Below the pieces are notes generated by a model. The model did no database searches. It had not been told where the DNA came from and saw only the letters and a list, made by a program, of their open reading frames with translations. A stretch of DNA of 64,000 nt, taken from positions 1,517-65,516 of the forward strand of contig CAMTON010000005.1 in assembly GCA_947074105.1 (NCBI GenBank), read 5' to 3'. The DNA is from an uncultured Bacteroidales bacterium. GTDB taxonomy: Bacteria; Bacteroidota; Bacteroidia; Bacteroidales; JAUNSR01. A program made the translations under genes and the position numbers. Below are positions 1-9,481 of the stretch, piece by piece (position 1 is the stretch's first letter; the number at the start of each line of letters is the position of its first letter).

Positions 1-641
1 CTTTGGCTTGCTTTTTGCACATATTTGTTTTTCCGCGGAATAATGCAGGGATACTGGGGACGCGGAATATGGAGAATAGGATAAAATGACCATAATAATG
101 ATATAAAAACTATATTTCACTAAAAATCACGGTTTATTTAATAAAGAATATTTTAACAACAAAATTCATAATAAAATGAATATCATAGACTTTTAATTAG
201 GATAAATCAGATAATAACCATACTTTTGTTTATGAAGCAATAGAAATTTTACTGAAAATACTTTGCACTTATTCATTTCTATCATAAAAAGAATATGAAT
301 AAGTCTCAAAACAGATCATTATCTTATCTTTTGTTCCTGTAAAATGATGTACTGATATTGCCTAAAAAAGCATATCTTGTGACATCTTCAATAATACCCT
401 CCCTTTATAAGGACGCTTCTTATTGAAGATATTGATGATCAATGAAATATTCTTCTCTTTTTTCGATTTTATTCTTAATAATCTTATCGTATATAAAAGA
501 AGTTTTTTATCTTTCCCGCAATTATTGAAATTCTTTATTAGGTTTTCCATACCCTGAATATTAATATTTGTAGATTCAGATTTATTTCATTTACAGAAAA
601 AATAAAATAAATACGGAATATTTCCGCATAACATATTCAGA

Positions 642-1088
642 ATGAATAAAAGAATTACGACTAACAAAAAAGACAGAGAAAAAGCAAAACAACAAAAGCG
701 TCAGGAAAAACAAAAACGCAAGGAAGAGCGTCAGAGTAGTGCTACAAACAGTTTTGAAGACATGATAGCTTATGTAGATGAAAATGGACGCCTGTGTTCT
801 TCACCTCCTGAGGTACAGAATAAAAAAGTAGATGCATCGGAAATTTCGATATCTACACCAAAACAGGAAGAAAGTAACGAACCAAAAACTTTAAACGGAA
901 GAGTAGAACATTATAACTCTTCAAAAGGTTATGGTTTTATAAAAGATCTTGGTAGCAATGAAAAATATTTCTTCCACAGATCAAATGCTCCGGCTTTCAT
1001 TAAAGAAGGAGATAAAGTAATTTTTGAAATTGAACGTGCTGCCAGAGGTATGAACGCTGTCCGCATATCAATAATACACAAACAATAA
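642..1088 (+). CDS. Cold-shock-domain nucleic-acid-binding protein with a long K/E/Q-rich N-terminal extension
   Basis: The C-terminal ~65 aa looks like a CSD, with an RNP1-like KGYGFI and an RNP2-like YFFHR (GRVEHYNSSKGYGFIKDLGSNEKYFFHRS). The first ~80 aa are low-complexity and basic/acidic. Confidence 0.8.
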   Translation: MNKRITTNKKDREKAKQQKRQEKQKRKEERQSSATNSFEDMIAYVDENGRLCSSPPEVQNKKVDASEISISTPKQEESNEPKTLNGRVEHYNSSKGYGFIKDLGSNEKYFFHRSNAPAFIKEGDKVIFEIERAARGMNAVRISIIHKQ

Positions 1089-1098
1089 TTTTTTTAAA

Positions 1099-1422
1099 AT
1101 GAACATTTATGTTTCAAATTTAAGCTGGGGCACACAGAGTGACAGCTTATTGGATTTATTCGCACAGTTTGGCGAAGTTACTTCAGCTAATGTAATTATG
1201 GATCGTGAAAGCGGTCGCTCTCGTGGTTTCGGTTTCGTTGAGATGCCGGACGACGCGGAAGCTCAGAACGCAATTGAAAAACTTAACCAGACAGAATTCG
1301 AAGGTAAAGTGATCAATGTCAGCGTTGCACGTCCAAGAGCGGAAAAACCTTCTTACGGAGGCGGTTATGGCAATAATCGCGGTGGAAACGGTGGTTATGG
1401 CAATAATCGTAGAAGATATTAA
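1099..1422 (+). CDS. RRM-type RNA-binding protein with Gly/Arg-rich tail
   Basis: RNP2 IYVSNL and RNP1 RGFGFVEM motifs, plus a GGYGNNRGGNGGYGNNRRRY tail. Only a 10-nt gap separates it from the CSD gene, and a terminator follows. Confidence 0.9.
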   Translation: MNIYVSNLSWGTQSDSLLDLFAQFGEVTSANVIMDRESGRSRGFGFVEMPDDAEAQNAIEKLNQTEFEGKVINVSVARPRAEKPSYGGGYGNNRGGNGGYGNNRRRY

Positions 1423-1446
1423 TATAATCGTTTCTTCATAAATAAG

Positions 1447-1482
1447 ATCCCTGCTTTCTGATAGAAGGCAGGGATTTTTTAT
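1447..1482 (+). terminator. Rho-independent terminator after the CSD-RRM pair
   Basis: ATCCCTGCTTTC / GAAGGCAGGGAT form a 12-bp stem (one G-U) with loop TGATA, followed by a T-run. Confidence 0.8.
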
Positions 1483-1530
1483 TTACTTTATATCTCAGAA
1501 ATTTTTTCAATAAAAATACCGGATATTAAT

Positions 1531-2154
1531 ATGAAACAAGAGATAGATATAACTACATGGAAAAGAAAACAGCAGTATCTTTTCTTTAAGGATTTCGAAG
1601 AACCGTTTTACGGAGTATGCGTAGATATGGATATCACTCATACATATAAGGAAGCTAAGGAAAAAGGAGTCTCGTTCTTTTTGCTTTATTTCTATAAGAT
1701 GCTTAAAGCAGTCAATAATCTTGAATCCTTCAGATACAGAATTGAAGACAATAAAGTAGTATTATATGACACAATACATGGATCCGCAACTATAAGAAAA
1801 GCGGATAATACTTTTGTTTTTATAGATGTGGAGTATGATAATGACTTTGATATTTTCGCTGTTAAAGCAAAGAAAGAAATAGATAAAGCTCTTAAAGCAG
1901 ATATACTTCTGCCCTGTGTATTTGGTGAACAGACCATACTTACTTCCACCGTACCCTGGATACGCTTCACTTCTATGTCGCATGCCAGAATGTTTTCCTC
2001 TAAGGGTAGTGCTCCTCGTATGACTTTCGGAAAGGTATCAGAAGAAAACGGACGCATGATAATGCCCCTTTCAATTCATGTCCATCATGCTCTTACAGAC
2101 GGATATGATATAGGATGTTTCATTGATCTTTATCAGGAAATACTTAATAAATAA
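1531..2154 (+). CDS. cat: Chloramphenicol O-acetyltransferase (type A CAT family)
   Basis: 207 aa. The catalytic-site block HVHHALTDGYDIG matches the CAT HHAVCDG(F/Y)H region, and PWIRFTS is the typical CAT motif. Length is typical for the family. Confidence 0.8.
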   Translation: MKQEIDITTWKRKQQYLFFKDFEEPFYGVCVDMDITHTYKEAKEKGVSFFLLYFYKMLKAVNNLESFRYRIEDNKVVLYDTIHGSATIRKADNTFVFIDVEYDNDFDIFAVKAKKEIDKALKADILLPCVFGEQTILTSTVPWIRFTSMSHARMFSSKGSAPRMTFGKVSEENGRMIMPLSIHVHHALTDGYDIGCFIDLYQEILNK

Positions 2155-2225
2155 GAGATTAATGACATTTTATGTTCTTCCTGAAAGCAATTTATCATAA
2201 CCTTTTACTCTAATACTTTTTAATT

Positions 2226-2474
2226 ATGACTCAAGAAGATGATGATTATCTTTACCGCCTGATGAATGAAGAGGACGAATGGTATATGGGACCTGAAAAT
2301 GAGTTTCCTGATGATAATAATGAAAATGAACGGAAGAAGGAAACTAAAAAAGAGAGATTAAAAAGAGAGGCAGAAGAAAAAGCAGAAAAAAAGAAATACG
2401 ATTCTATATGGAATCTGATAATGCTTGTTATTCTTTCTATTATTATTATTGAGGTAGCTTTATTATTTTTCTGA
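2226..2474 (+). CDS. Hypothetical small tail-anchored protein (acidic N-terminus, K/E-rich middle, one C-terminal TM helix)
   Basis: 82-aa ORF ending in IWNLIMLVILSIIIIEVALLFF. A bidirectional terminator lies immediately downstream. I recognise no homolog. Confidence 0.45.
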   Translation: MTQEDDDYLYRLMNEEDEWYMGPENEFPDDNNENERKKETKKERLKREAEEKAEKKKYDSIWNLIMLVILSIIIIEVALLFF

Positions 2475-2482
2475 TATAAAAT

Positions 2483-2526
2483 AAATCCGGGATATAAGAA
2501 ATTTTGTAATCTTATATCCCGGATTT
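2483..2526. terminator. Bidirectional hairpin terminator between convergent genes
   Basis: AAATCCGGGATATAAG / CTTATATCCCGGATTT form a perfect 16-bp stem with a 12-nt loop and A/T-rich flanks. Confidence 0.8.
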
Positions 2527-2528
2527 AT

Positions 2529-2936
2529 TTAATTATACAACAGCCTTTTTTGCCTGTTTATCACTGAAGGTGTAAATCCGATAAATATCACTATGAACAG
2601 CCATAGATTCCCGGTTGTAAAATCATATGCTTTAAGCATCTCCCTGAATGACAATCCGGTTGCAGCGCCCATTGAGAATTCAAATACAAGAGTAGCTGTG
2701 ACCCATAATATTCCGATATTGCGAAAGTCTCTTTTACTTGAGCATTTAAGTTTAGGAAGTAATACAAAACCAATAACATATATCATAACACAAAGCATTA
2801 CACCGCTTACCGGAAAGGATATTTTTTCTCCAAATGAAGGAATTAATAATTTTTCTCTTATTCCTCCGTTTATTATAGCATATGGCATAATGCAAAGCCA
2901 TATTAAAAATGATTTAAGCAATAATCTGATTTTCAT
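2529..2936 (-). CDS. Hypothetical integral membrane protein (about 4 TM segments)
   Basis: 135 aa with hydrophobic helices throughout. The convergent terminator geometry favours this strand over the antisense 129-aa ORF. Confidence 0.55.
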   Translation of the reverse strand: MKIRLLLKSFLIWLCIMPYAIINGGIREKLLIPSFGEKISFPVSGVMLCVMIYVIGFVLLPKLKCSSKRDFRNIGILWVTATLVFEFSMGAATGLSFREMLKAYDFTTGNLWLFIVIFIGFTPSVINRQKRLLYN

Positions 2937-2989
2937 GTATCCTGCGATATTTATTTATAAAAGTAAGAATAATGAGAAATAATCATATT

Positions 2990-2997
2990 TATATTTG
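2990..2997 (+). promoter_or_regulatory. Bacteroidetes-type -7 box TATATTTG upstream of cstA
   Basis: Matches the TAnnTTTG consensus, 29 nt upstream of the ATG at 3026. Confidence 0.45.
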
Positions 2998-3025
2998 TAA
3001 CATATTTTAATAAAATCTCAAAACC

Positions 3026-4453
3026 ATGATAACATTCATATTAAGCCTTATAATCCTTATAGGCGGCTATTTCGTTTACGGACGATATATAGAAAAGGTA
3101 TTTACCCCTGACAAGAACCGCAAAACTCCGGCCATCACATCGGCCGACGGAGTCGATTATGTTCCGCTTTCAAGTAAAAAGATTTTCCTTATTCAGTTTC
3201 TTAATATTGCAGGACTTGGTCCTATATTCGGGGCAATAATGGGAGCAATGTATGGACCGGTAGTATTTTTGTGGATAGTGTTCGGAACTCTTTTTTGTGG
3301 TGCGGTGCATGATTATCTTTCCGCAATGATGTCGCTAAGGAGTAACGGGAGGTCACTTCCCGAACTTATATCGACGGAATTAGGCAGTACGGCCGGAATT
3401 ATAATGCGCCTTATTACTATTGTATTGATGGTACTTGTAGGAGCCGTATTCCTTTCAGGACCGGCTTCCCTTCTTACATCTATGACCGGAATAGAAAATA
3501 TATGGTGGATTGTACTTATATTCTCATATTATGTTCTTGCAACGCTATTTCCTGTTGATAAGATAATAGGAAAGGTATATCCGATATTCGGTTTCGCTCT
3601 GTTGTTTATGGCATTCGGAATACTTGTGGCAATATTCATCAATCATAACCCGATGCCGGAGATCACACAGAGTTTCGGCAACATGAATCCCGATCCTGAC
3701 CGTTTTCCGGTATTTCCGATGCTTTTTGTAACAGTGGCATGCGGAGCGATAAGCGGATTTCATGCTACACAGTCGCCGCTTATGGCCCGATGCATAAAAA
3801 GTGAAGCAGACAGCAGAAAGATATTTTTCGGTGCTATGGTGGCAGAAGGTGTAGTTGCATCAATATGGGCAGCGGCAGCAATATGCTTCTTTGAAGGGAT
3901 GGAAGGTTTTCAGGGTTTTATGGCAGAAAACGGCAACAGCGCAGCTGTAGTGGTAAAGAATATTTCTTCTTCCTGGCTGGGCTTGCTGGGTGGTTTTCTT
4001 GCTCTTTTGGGTGTCGTTGTAGCTCCTATAACTTCTGCCGATACGGCTTTTCGCTCGGCAAGACTTATCATTGCCGATTTTCTTAATAAGGAACAGAAGA
4101 GTTTTAAAAACAGAATACTTATTTCCGCTCCTCTTTTCGCAGTCTGCATAATACTTCTTAATATAAACTTCGATATTATATGGCGTTACTTCGCATGGAC
4201 GAACCAATCGCTTGCTGCTATTACTCTTTGGAGCATTACAGTATATCTTGCAAGAAGAGATAAAAACTATTTTGTAACACTTCTTCCGGCTCTTTTTATG
4301 AGTTCGGTATGCATGACTTACATCCTTGTAGCTCCGGAGGGATTTTCTCTCTCCCATACATTAAGTTATATTCTCGGATCAGGATTTTCTCTTTTTCTTC
4401 TTGTTTGTTTTATATTCGGGAAAAGAAATCTTTCCACAGAGAAAAGCATATAA
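3026..4453 (+). CDS. cstA: Carbon starvation protein A family transporter
   Basis: 475-aa polytopic membrane protein. The N-terminus (YFVYGRYIEKVF...DGVDYVP...FLIQFLNIAGLGPIFGAIMGAMYGP) is characteristic of CstA. Confidence 0.85.
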   Translation: MITFILSLIILIGGYFVYGRYIEKVFTPDKNRKTPAITSADGVDYVPLSSKKIFLIQFLNIAGLGPIFGAIMGAMYGPVVFLWIVFGTLFCGAVHDYLSAMMSLRSNGRSLPELISTELGSTAGIIMRLITIVLMVLVGAVFLSGPASLLTSMTGIENIWWIVLIFSYYVLATLFPVDKIIGKVYPIFGFALLFMAFGILVAIFINHNPMPEITQSFGNMNPDPDRFPVFPMLFVTVACGAISGFHATQSPLMARCIKSEADSRKIFFGAMVAEGVVASIWAAAAICFFEGMEGFQGFMAENGNSAAVVVKNISSSWLGLLGGFLALLGVVVAPITSADTAFRSARLIIADFLNKEQKSFKNRILISAPLFAVCIILLNINFDIIWRYFAWTNQSLAAITLWSITVYLARRDKNYFVTLLPALFMSSVCMTYILVAPEGFSLSHTLSYILGSGFSLFLLVCFIFGKRNLSTEKSI

Positions 4454-4513
4454 TAAGAGGTTTTTAATAATACAGCAATTGGCATAAAGTTAAAATCAAT
4501 ATTTTTTTTACAA

Positions 4514-4548
4514 AAGAAGTCGTGAAATTCGCGGCTTCTTTGTATTTT
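4514..4548 (+). terminator. Terminator after cstA
   Basis: AAGAAGTCGTG / CGCGGCTTCTT form an 11-bp stem (two G-U) with loop AAATT, then TGTATTTT. Confidence 0.55.
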
Positions 4549-4649
4549 AAGCATGTGATATTATTTCCTGGACCTGAAGCATATATAGATTTCGGGGTGA
4601 TTCTTAATCAATTAAGCATATCTTGCTACAGATTTTTTTATTTACCACT

Positions 4650-5276
4650 ATGCTGATACAATATAAAAAACATAACATATTTGCCATCTCAGATACCCAT
4701 GGTATGCATCGCAATATTCTTATTCCATCGAATGCGGATATCGTAATTCATTGCGGTGATGCCTGTATTGACGGCAATGAAGAGCAGCTTGATGACTTCT
4801 TCCGATGGTTTTCACATCTCCCTGTCAGGTATAAAATTTTTATTCCCGGAAATCATGATCTTCCTTTTGAGTTTGATCCGGATTATGCCCAAAATCTTAT
4901 TCCTGCTAACGTAATATCTCTTGAAGATTTTCCTATAAAAATAGGTGGTATTGCCTTTTCAGCCCTTAATGCCCGTCCATGGATGCATGAACCTGTTGAA
5001 ATTACAAAAAAACCGGACATCATCATTTCTCACGGTGCACCGGCAGGAATCATGGATGAAAAAAAAGGTTGTAAGATACTTGCGTCAATGATTGAAAGAT
5101 ATAAACCGGAATACCACATATTCGGTCATTATCATAATGTAAGAGCGGGTAAATTTCAAAATAAGCATACCACATTTTGCAATGTTTCATATTCCGGAAC
5201 TTTCAGAATAACAAATTCCACAGAGATACATCCGGAGCATAATGAACTTATTATAAAGCAGAAAAGCGGAACCTGA
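4650..5276 (+). CDS. Calcineurin-like metallophosphoesterase
   Basis: Motifs ISDTHG, GDACIDG, GNHD, HGAP and GHYH occur in canonical order. The ATG at 4650 is preferred to the TTG at 4623 used by the ORF track. Confidence 0.8.
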   Translation: MLIQYKKHNIFAISDTHGMHRNILIPSNADIVIHCGDACIDGNEEQLDDFFRWFSHLPVRYKIFIPGNHDLPFEFDPDYAQNLIPANVISLEDFPIKIGGIAFSALNARPWMHEPVEITKKPDIIISHGAPAGIMDEKKGCKILASMIERYKPEYHIFGHYHNVRAGKFQNKHTTFCNVSYSGTFRITNSTEIHPEHNELIIKQKSGT

Positions 5277-5313
5277 TTATAAAAGGTTCCGCTTTTCTGC
5301 TTTATTTTTTTTT
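5255..5313 (+). terminator. Strong terminator overlapping the 3' end of the phosphoesterase CDS
   Basis: AAAGCAGAAAAGCGGAACC / GGTTCCGCTTTTCTGCTTT form a perfect 19-bp stem followed by a T-run. The left arm encodes the last codons of the gene. Confidence 0.85.
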
Positions 5314-5375
5314 ATTCAGTATTATGAACAGCATTCATAAACAGTCATCTATTTTTAGATTTTTCCGGTCAGATA

Positions 5376-6587
5376 TCACTGTTTAAGGTATACCTTATTA
5401 TACCAGTCAAGTTTTTTATATGCATCATGATATCTTATATCCTGTTTGAACTCCGGTATAAACACCGTAATGCCGGTATAGACATTCAGGTCAATACTAA
5501 AACCAAGAAATGTTTCAGTTGATTTCCGGTAAGGGACAAGACAATTGATCATTGGATAAAATTCAGAATAATCTTCATGAAATATTTGTCTTACAACATC
5601 ATTCATATCATAGAATATATCTCCCAGTCCCAGTCTTGAACGGCCATACTGCTGTATCGAGGAAGCAAGTTCGGAATCAAGTTCTTCAGGAAAACGACTA
5701 AGTAATTCAGAATAAAATGTTGCAATATTTTCAAGCTGAGAAGTCTTTATCCACGCTATTGTTCCTCCTATCGTCTTATAAGCTTCAGCATAAGCTGCGC
5801 ACATATCTCCAACAGTGAAATTCTTTTTCTGCCATATCTTAGTCATCTCGGTATAGGGATAACCGTCACCCATTATCTCAGCAGCCGAACCCATGATATC
5901 TGATGTAAAATCCTTAAGTTCATAAGCGACCTCAACAGATGTCATATGGCAGGCATCAAAGGCAATGAAATCAAAATACAGACCGGTATTTTTTAGCGCA
6001 GTCTTAAGATCCCATATCTCCATATAACTTGAATGATAAGAATCTTCTCCGAAACTGTATTGAGCAGGACGATTTACAGAAGAACTGCTTTCTGTAAGTT
6101 GGGTATACTCATTACTTTTTATAAGAGTACCGTCTCCCGTAACTTTATAATTGGTAGAAGGAAGCCATCCTGTGCCGTGAGACCATAATATCAGGCCTTT
6201 CTCTTTAGCCGGAAATTTGTTGAAAACAATATTGATCATCTCTGTCATAACATCTTTATCAGCAGAATTTCGTCTGTTATAAGATTCAATCATATTCTGA
6301 ACTACATTTCCGTCTTTGTCTTTATAAAGCTGCCATAAATATGAATATGTCGATTTATCTTCATAAACTATAAGATTAAGCCCCGAAGTGTTTGAATTAA
6401 GTCCTTCTTTCATAGCTTCTATATTTTTAGCACAAAAAGAAGCGAGAGAATTTTCACCGCTCATATATACAAAAATAGTACGGTCGACTACAATCTTTTC
6501 TTCGTAATATTTGTCCTGATTACATGAATATGTAAATATCAGAGCTAAGAAGCATACTAATAATTTAGTTTTAAGACGTAAAGACAT
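5376..6587 (-). CDS. Clostripain-like (peptidase C11, clan CD) cysteine protease lipoprotein
   Basis: Lipoprotein signal (LALIFTYSC). A His-Gly block (LILWSHGTGW) and an Ala-Cys block (IAFDACHM) fit the clan CD catalytic dyad. Confidence 0.75.
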   Translation of the reverse strand: MSLRLKTKLLVCFLALIFTYSCNQDKYYEEKIVVDRTIFVYMSGENSLASFCAKNIEAMKEGLNSNTSGLNLIVYEDKSTYSYLWQLYKDKDGNVVQNMIESYNRRNSADKDVMTEMINIVFNKFPAKEKGLILWSHGTGWLPSTNYKVTGDGTLIKSNEYTQLTESSSSVNRPAQYSFGEDSYHSSYMEIWDLKTALKNTGLYFDFIAFDACHMTSVEVAYELKDFTSDIMGSAAEIMGDGYPYTEMTKIWQKKNFTVGDMCAAYAEAYKTIGGTIAWIKTSQLENIATFYSELLSRFPEELDSELASSIQQYGRSRLGLGDIFYDMNDVVRQIFHEDYSEFYPMINCLVPYRKSTETFLGFSIDLNVYTGITVFIPEFKQDIRYHDAYKKLDWYNKVYLKQ

Positions 6588-6711
6588 AATTAAGTAAGGT
6601 TTACTGTTATTTTATTATAATCCGGGAAACAGGTTTTTTGTTTTTTAAGCGCACTTAAAAAAAAGAAGATTGAAAATTTAACTATAGAATGAAAATATCA
6701 TTAGTTAAAAA

Positions 6712-7785
6712 TTAAAGGATAGTGGTTTTACCCATAAGTATCATATCAAGCATAACAATAGCAGCCATTGCTTCAACAATAGGCACTGCACGCGGAAGAA
6801 CACATGGGTCATGGCGGCCTTTAGCTTTAAGAACTACTTCATTGCCGTCTTTATCTACAGTGTCAAGATCCATAAGAAGCGTAGCGACAGGCTTGAATGC
6901 AACTTTGAAGTATATATCTTCACCGTTTGAAATTCCTCCCTGAATACCTCCTGAATAATTTGTAAGGGTTCTGATGTGTCCGTCTACATTAATAAACGTA
7001 TCTTTTACCTGAGATCCGCGATGATGGCAGCCTTCGAAGCCCATTCCGTATTCAAAACCTTTTGCCGCATTTATACTCATCATTGCAGATGCAAGTTCTG
7101 CGTGAAGTTTCCCGAAAACAGGTTCACCTACTCCCGCAGGAACATTACTGATTATACAGCTTACCGTACCGCCGATACTGTCGCCATCTTTCTTAACACT
7201 AAGAATAAGTTTTTCCATTTTTTCTGCTACGACAGGATCAGGACATCTAACAATATTTTTCTCGATAAGATCAAGATCATAATCCATATAATTGCCGGGA
7301 ACTGATATCTCTCCCACAGATGAGGTATATCCCGTAATCTTTATATTCATCTCTTTCAGAGCCAGTTTTGCAAGCGCACCGGCTACACACCTGGAGATAG
7401 TCTCACGGGCGGAAGAACGGCCTCCCCCGCGATGATCTCTTATCCCGTATTTCGTCGTGTATGTATAATCTGCATGAGAGGGACGGAAAAGATCCTTCAT
7501 ATTATCATAATCGGATGAATGTTGATTTGCATTATAAATGACAAAACCTATTGAAGTGCCTGTGGTCACTCCTTCAAAAATACCTGAAAGAAAAACGACC
7601 TCATCATTCTCTTTGCGCGGAGTAACTACTGCCGACTGCCCTGGACGTCTGCGGTTAAGTTCATTCTGAATAAACTCCATGTCTATTGTTATGCCCGCCG
7701 GCATTCCGTCAATCACCCCGCCCACGGCAGGACCGTGAGACTCTCCAAAAGATGTCAATCTGAATATATTTCCGAAAGTATTCAT
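6712..7785 (-). CDS. aroC: Chorismate synthase
   Basis: Full-length match by eye: [14 protein letters not shown] and KGRHDPCV motifs. Confidence 0.97.
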   Translation of the reverse strand: MNTFGNIFRLTSFGESHGPAVGGVIDGMPAGITIDMEFIQNELNRRRPGQSAVVTPRKENDEVVFLSGIFEGVTTGTSIGFVIYNANQHSSDYDNMKDLFRPSHADYTYTTKYGIRDHRGGGRSSARETISRCVAGALAKLALKEMNIKITGYTSSVGEISVPGNYMDYDLDLIEKNIVRCPDPVVAEKMEKLILSVKKDGDSIGGTVSCIISNVPAGVGEPVFGKLHAELASAMMSINAAKGFEYGMGFEGCHHRGSQVKDTFINVDGHIRTLTNYSGGIQGGISNGEDIYFKVAFKPVATLLMDLDTVDKDGNEVVLKAKGRHDPCVLPRAVPIVEAMAAIVMLDMILMGKTTIL

Positions 7786-7817
7786 ACGATTATTAGATAA
7801 TACAATAAATTATCTCA

Positions 7818-7825
7818 CAAATTTA
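7818..7825 (-). promoter_or_regulatory. -7 box TAAATTTG (minus strand) upstream of aroC
   Basis: CAAATTTA on the plus strand, 33 nt upstream of the ATG at 7785. Confidence 0.45.
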
Positions 7826-7957
7826 CAACAAAAAGCCTTTGTAATCATCATTTTACTTATCATAAGCATTTAAAAAGTCTGAATAGTCATTTTTATAATT
7901 ATCCGGTTTTTCTTTTTATTACTTATTATATCGTAGAAATTATGATTAAATCCGTCA

Positions 7958-8002
7958 TAAAAAAATACCGTTTCCAAAGATTTTCATTGTCTCCGGAAAC
8001 GG
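7958..8002 (-). terminator. Putative terminator after the ABC-2 permease gene
   Basis: CCGTTTCC / GGAAACGG stem with a 19-nt loop. On the plus strand an A-run precedes it, giving a U-run on the minus transcript. Confidence 0.5.
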
Positions 8003-8096
8003 CATTATAATTATAATTAAATTCAATCTCAGAATTTTTCTGCATATAAGGTTTTAATTCATACTTATAAAACAGTTTTATGAATGAAAGAAATCA

Positions 8097-9446
8097 TTAG
8101 TATTTATATCTGAACCATTTGATCACTTCTTTATACGTGATTTTCTTTCCATACATAAGAATACCCGTGCGATAGATTTTTGCGGCAAACTTAATCGTAA
8201 TCATAGCAGTGGCATAAAGAAGTACGACAGAGGTGGCAAGTTGCCAGAACGGCACATCATAAGGAAGACGTACCATCATCACAACAGGAGATGTAAGCGG
8301 TATCATAGAACACCATACGGCAAGCGGACCATCAGGATTGGATACGCTGTATATTCCGGCATAAAGACTGAATATGTTTATAAGCATTACAGGAATCATA
8401 AACTGCTGAGAGTCGGCTTCCTGATCGACAAGAGAACCGATAGCAGCAAATATTGAAGCATAAAACAGATATCCGCCTATAAAATAAACAATAAACATTA
8501 TCACAATCTGAGCGAAGTTTATCCCTGCCAGCATTTGCGTCACTTTACTCATGATAGCAGAATCATCTATTCCGGCCGGTAGTGTTTCCATTCCCTGTGC
8601 CGCCATCATTGGATTCATTTCAAGCAATTCCTTAGGTCCTGCTATCATTCCGGAAACAATAGAGAATGTTGCCATTGCCCCGAAAATCAATAATATCCAG
8701 ATCATGAACTGAGTAAGTCCGACAAATGCTACTGCTATTATCTTTCCCATCATAAGCTCAAAAGGTTTTACCGAAGAGACCATGATTTCGACAATTCTGT
8801 TTGTTTTTTCCTGAATCACACTGTTAATGATCATTGTACCGTAAGCGAAGATAAACATATATATCAGCGTTGTGGACAAAAGACCTATAAGCGATGCCGC
8901 CTCAGCAGAAGAAGAGGTTTCACTTCCATCCTTATCCCATTTTATGGTATTGATGTTGATGTTTACCGAAGACTCCTTTATGATATCTTTAAGTTCGGGA
9001 ATTTCGTAATTCTCAATCTTTCTTTCGCTCAGCCAGGGATTCATCTGAATGCAGACTTCATTCTTTAAAGAGGAAGGAATTGTCTTCTCTGAAAATATAG
9101 ATATAGCATCAGGCTTTTCTATAAGATTATTATCTATTACTATTATTGCGTAATATCCGTCACCCGGACTCATATTCACTGTTGATGCCATTGCATCGGG
9201 TGCATATATGAAATCGAACTCATTGTTTGATTTCAGAACATTATCATAAAGTTTTGAATTATCGACAACGGCTATAGACTTCTTTTCAGAATCTTTTATA
9301 CCCGCAAGTATTGCAGGCAACCCCATCATCGCTATCATAATAAGAGGTGTCACAAGAGTCATTATTATGAATGACTTTTTATTGACACGGCTGAGATATT
9401 CCCGTTCTATTATCAGACCTATTTTTCCCATATCTTGTTTTTTCAC
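8097..9446 (-). CDS. ABC-2 type transporter permease (NatB-like)
   Basis: One N-terminal TM, a large extracytoplasmic domain and a C-terminal block of about 5 TM helices. It lies directly downstream of a NatA-like ATPase. Confidence 0.8.
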   Translation of the reverse strand: MKKQDMGKIGLIIEREYLSRVNKKSFIIMTLVTPLIMIAMMGLPAILAGIKDSEKKSIAVVDNSKLYDNVLKSNNEFDFIYAPDAMASTVNMSPGDGYYAIIVIDNNLIEKPDAISIFSEKTIPSSLKNEVCIQMNPWLSERKIENYEIPELKDIIKESSVNININTIKWDKDGSETSSSAEAASLIGLLSTTLIYMFIFAYGTMIINSVIQEKTNRIVEIMVSSVKPFELMMGKIIAVAFVGLTQFMIWILLIFGAMATFSIVSGMIAGPKELLEMNPMMAAQGMETLPAGIDDSAIMSKVTQMLAGINFAQIVIMFIVYFIGGYLFYASIFAAIGSLVDQEADSQQFMIPVMLINIFSLYAGIYSVSNPDGPLAVWCSMIPLTSPVVMMVRLPYDVPFWQLATSVVLLYATAMITIKFAAKIYRTGILMYGKKITYKEVIKWFRYKY

Positions 9447-9481
9447 ATTCCCGTCACCGGGAAAAAATGTTTCTTAATTTA

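Noticed and set aside
362-550. 62-aa minus-strand ORF in the first intergenic region
   Set aside because: The K/I/L/N-rich sequence is typical of random AT-rich ORFs, and there is no recognisable domain or upstream -7 box. It is kept only as a note in the finding on 1-641.
2593-2982. 129-aa plus-strand ORF overlapping the 135-aa membrane protein gene
   Set aside because: It is an antisense shadow ORF. The minus-strand product has coherent TM helices, and the bidirectional terminator at 2483-2526 fits convergent transcription.
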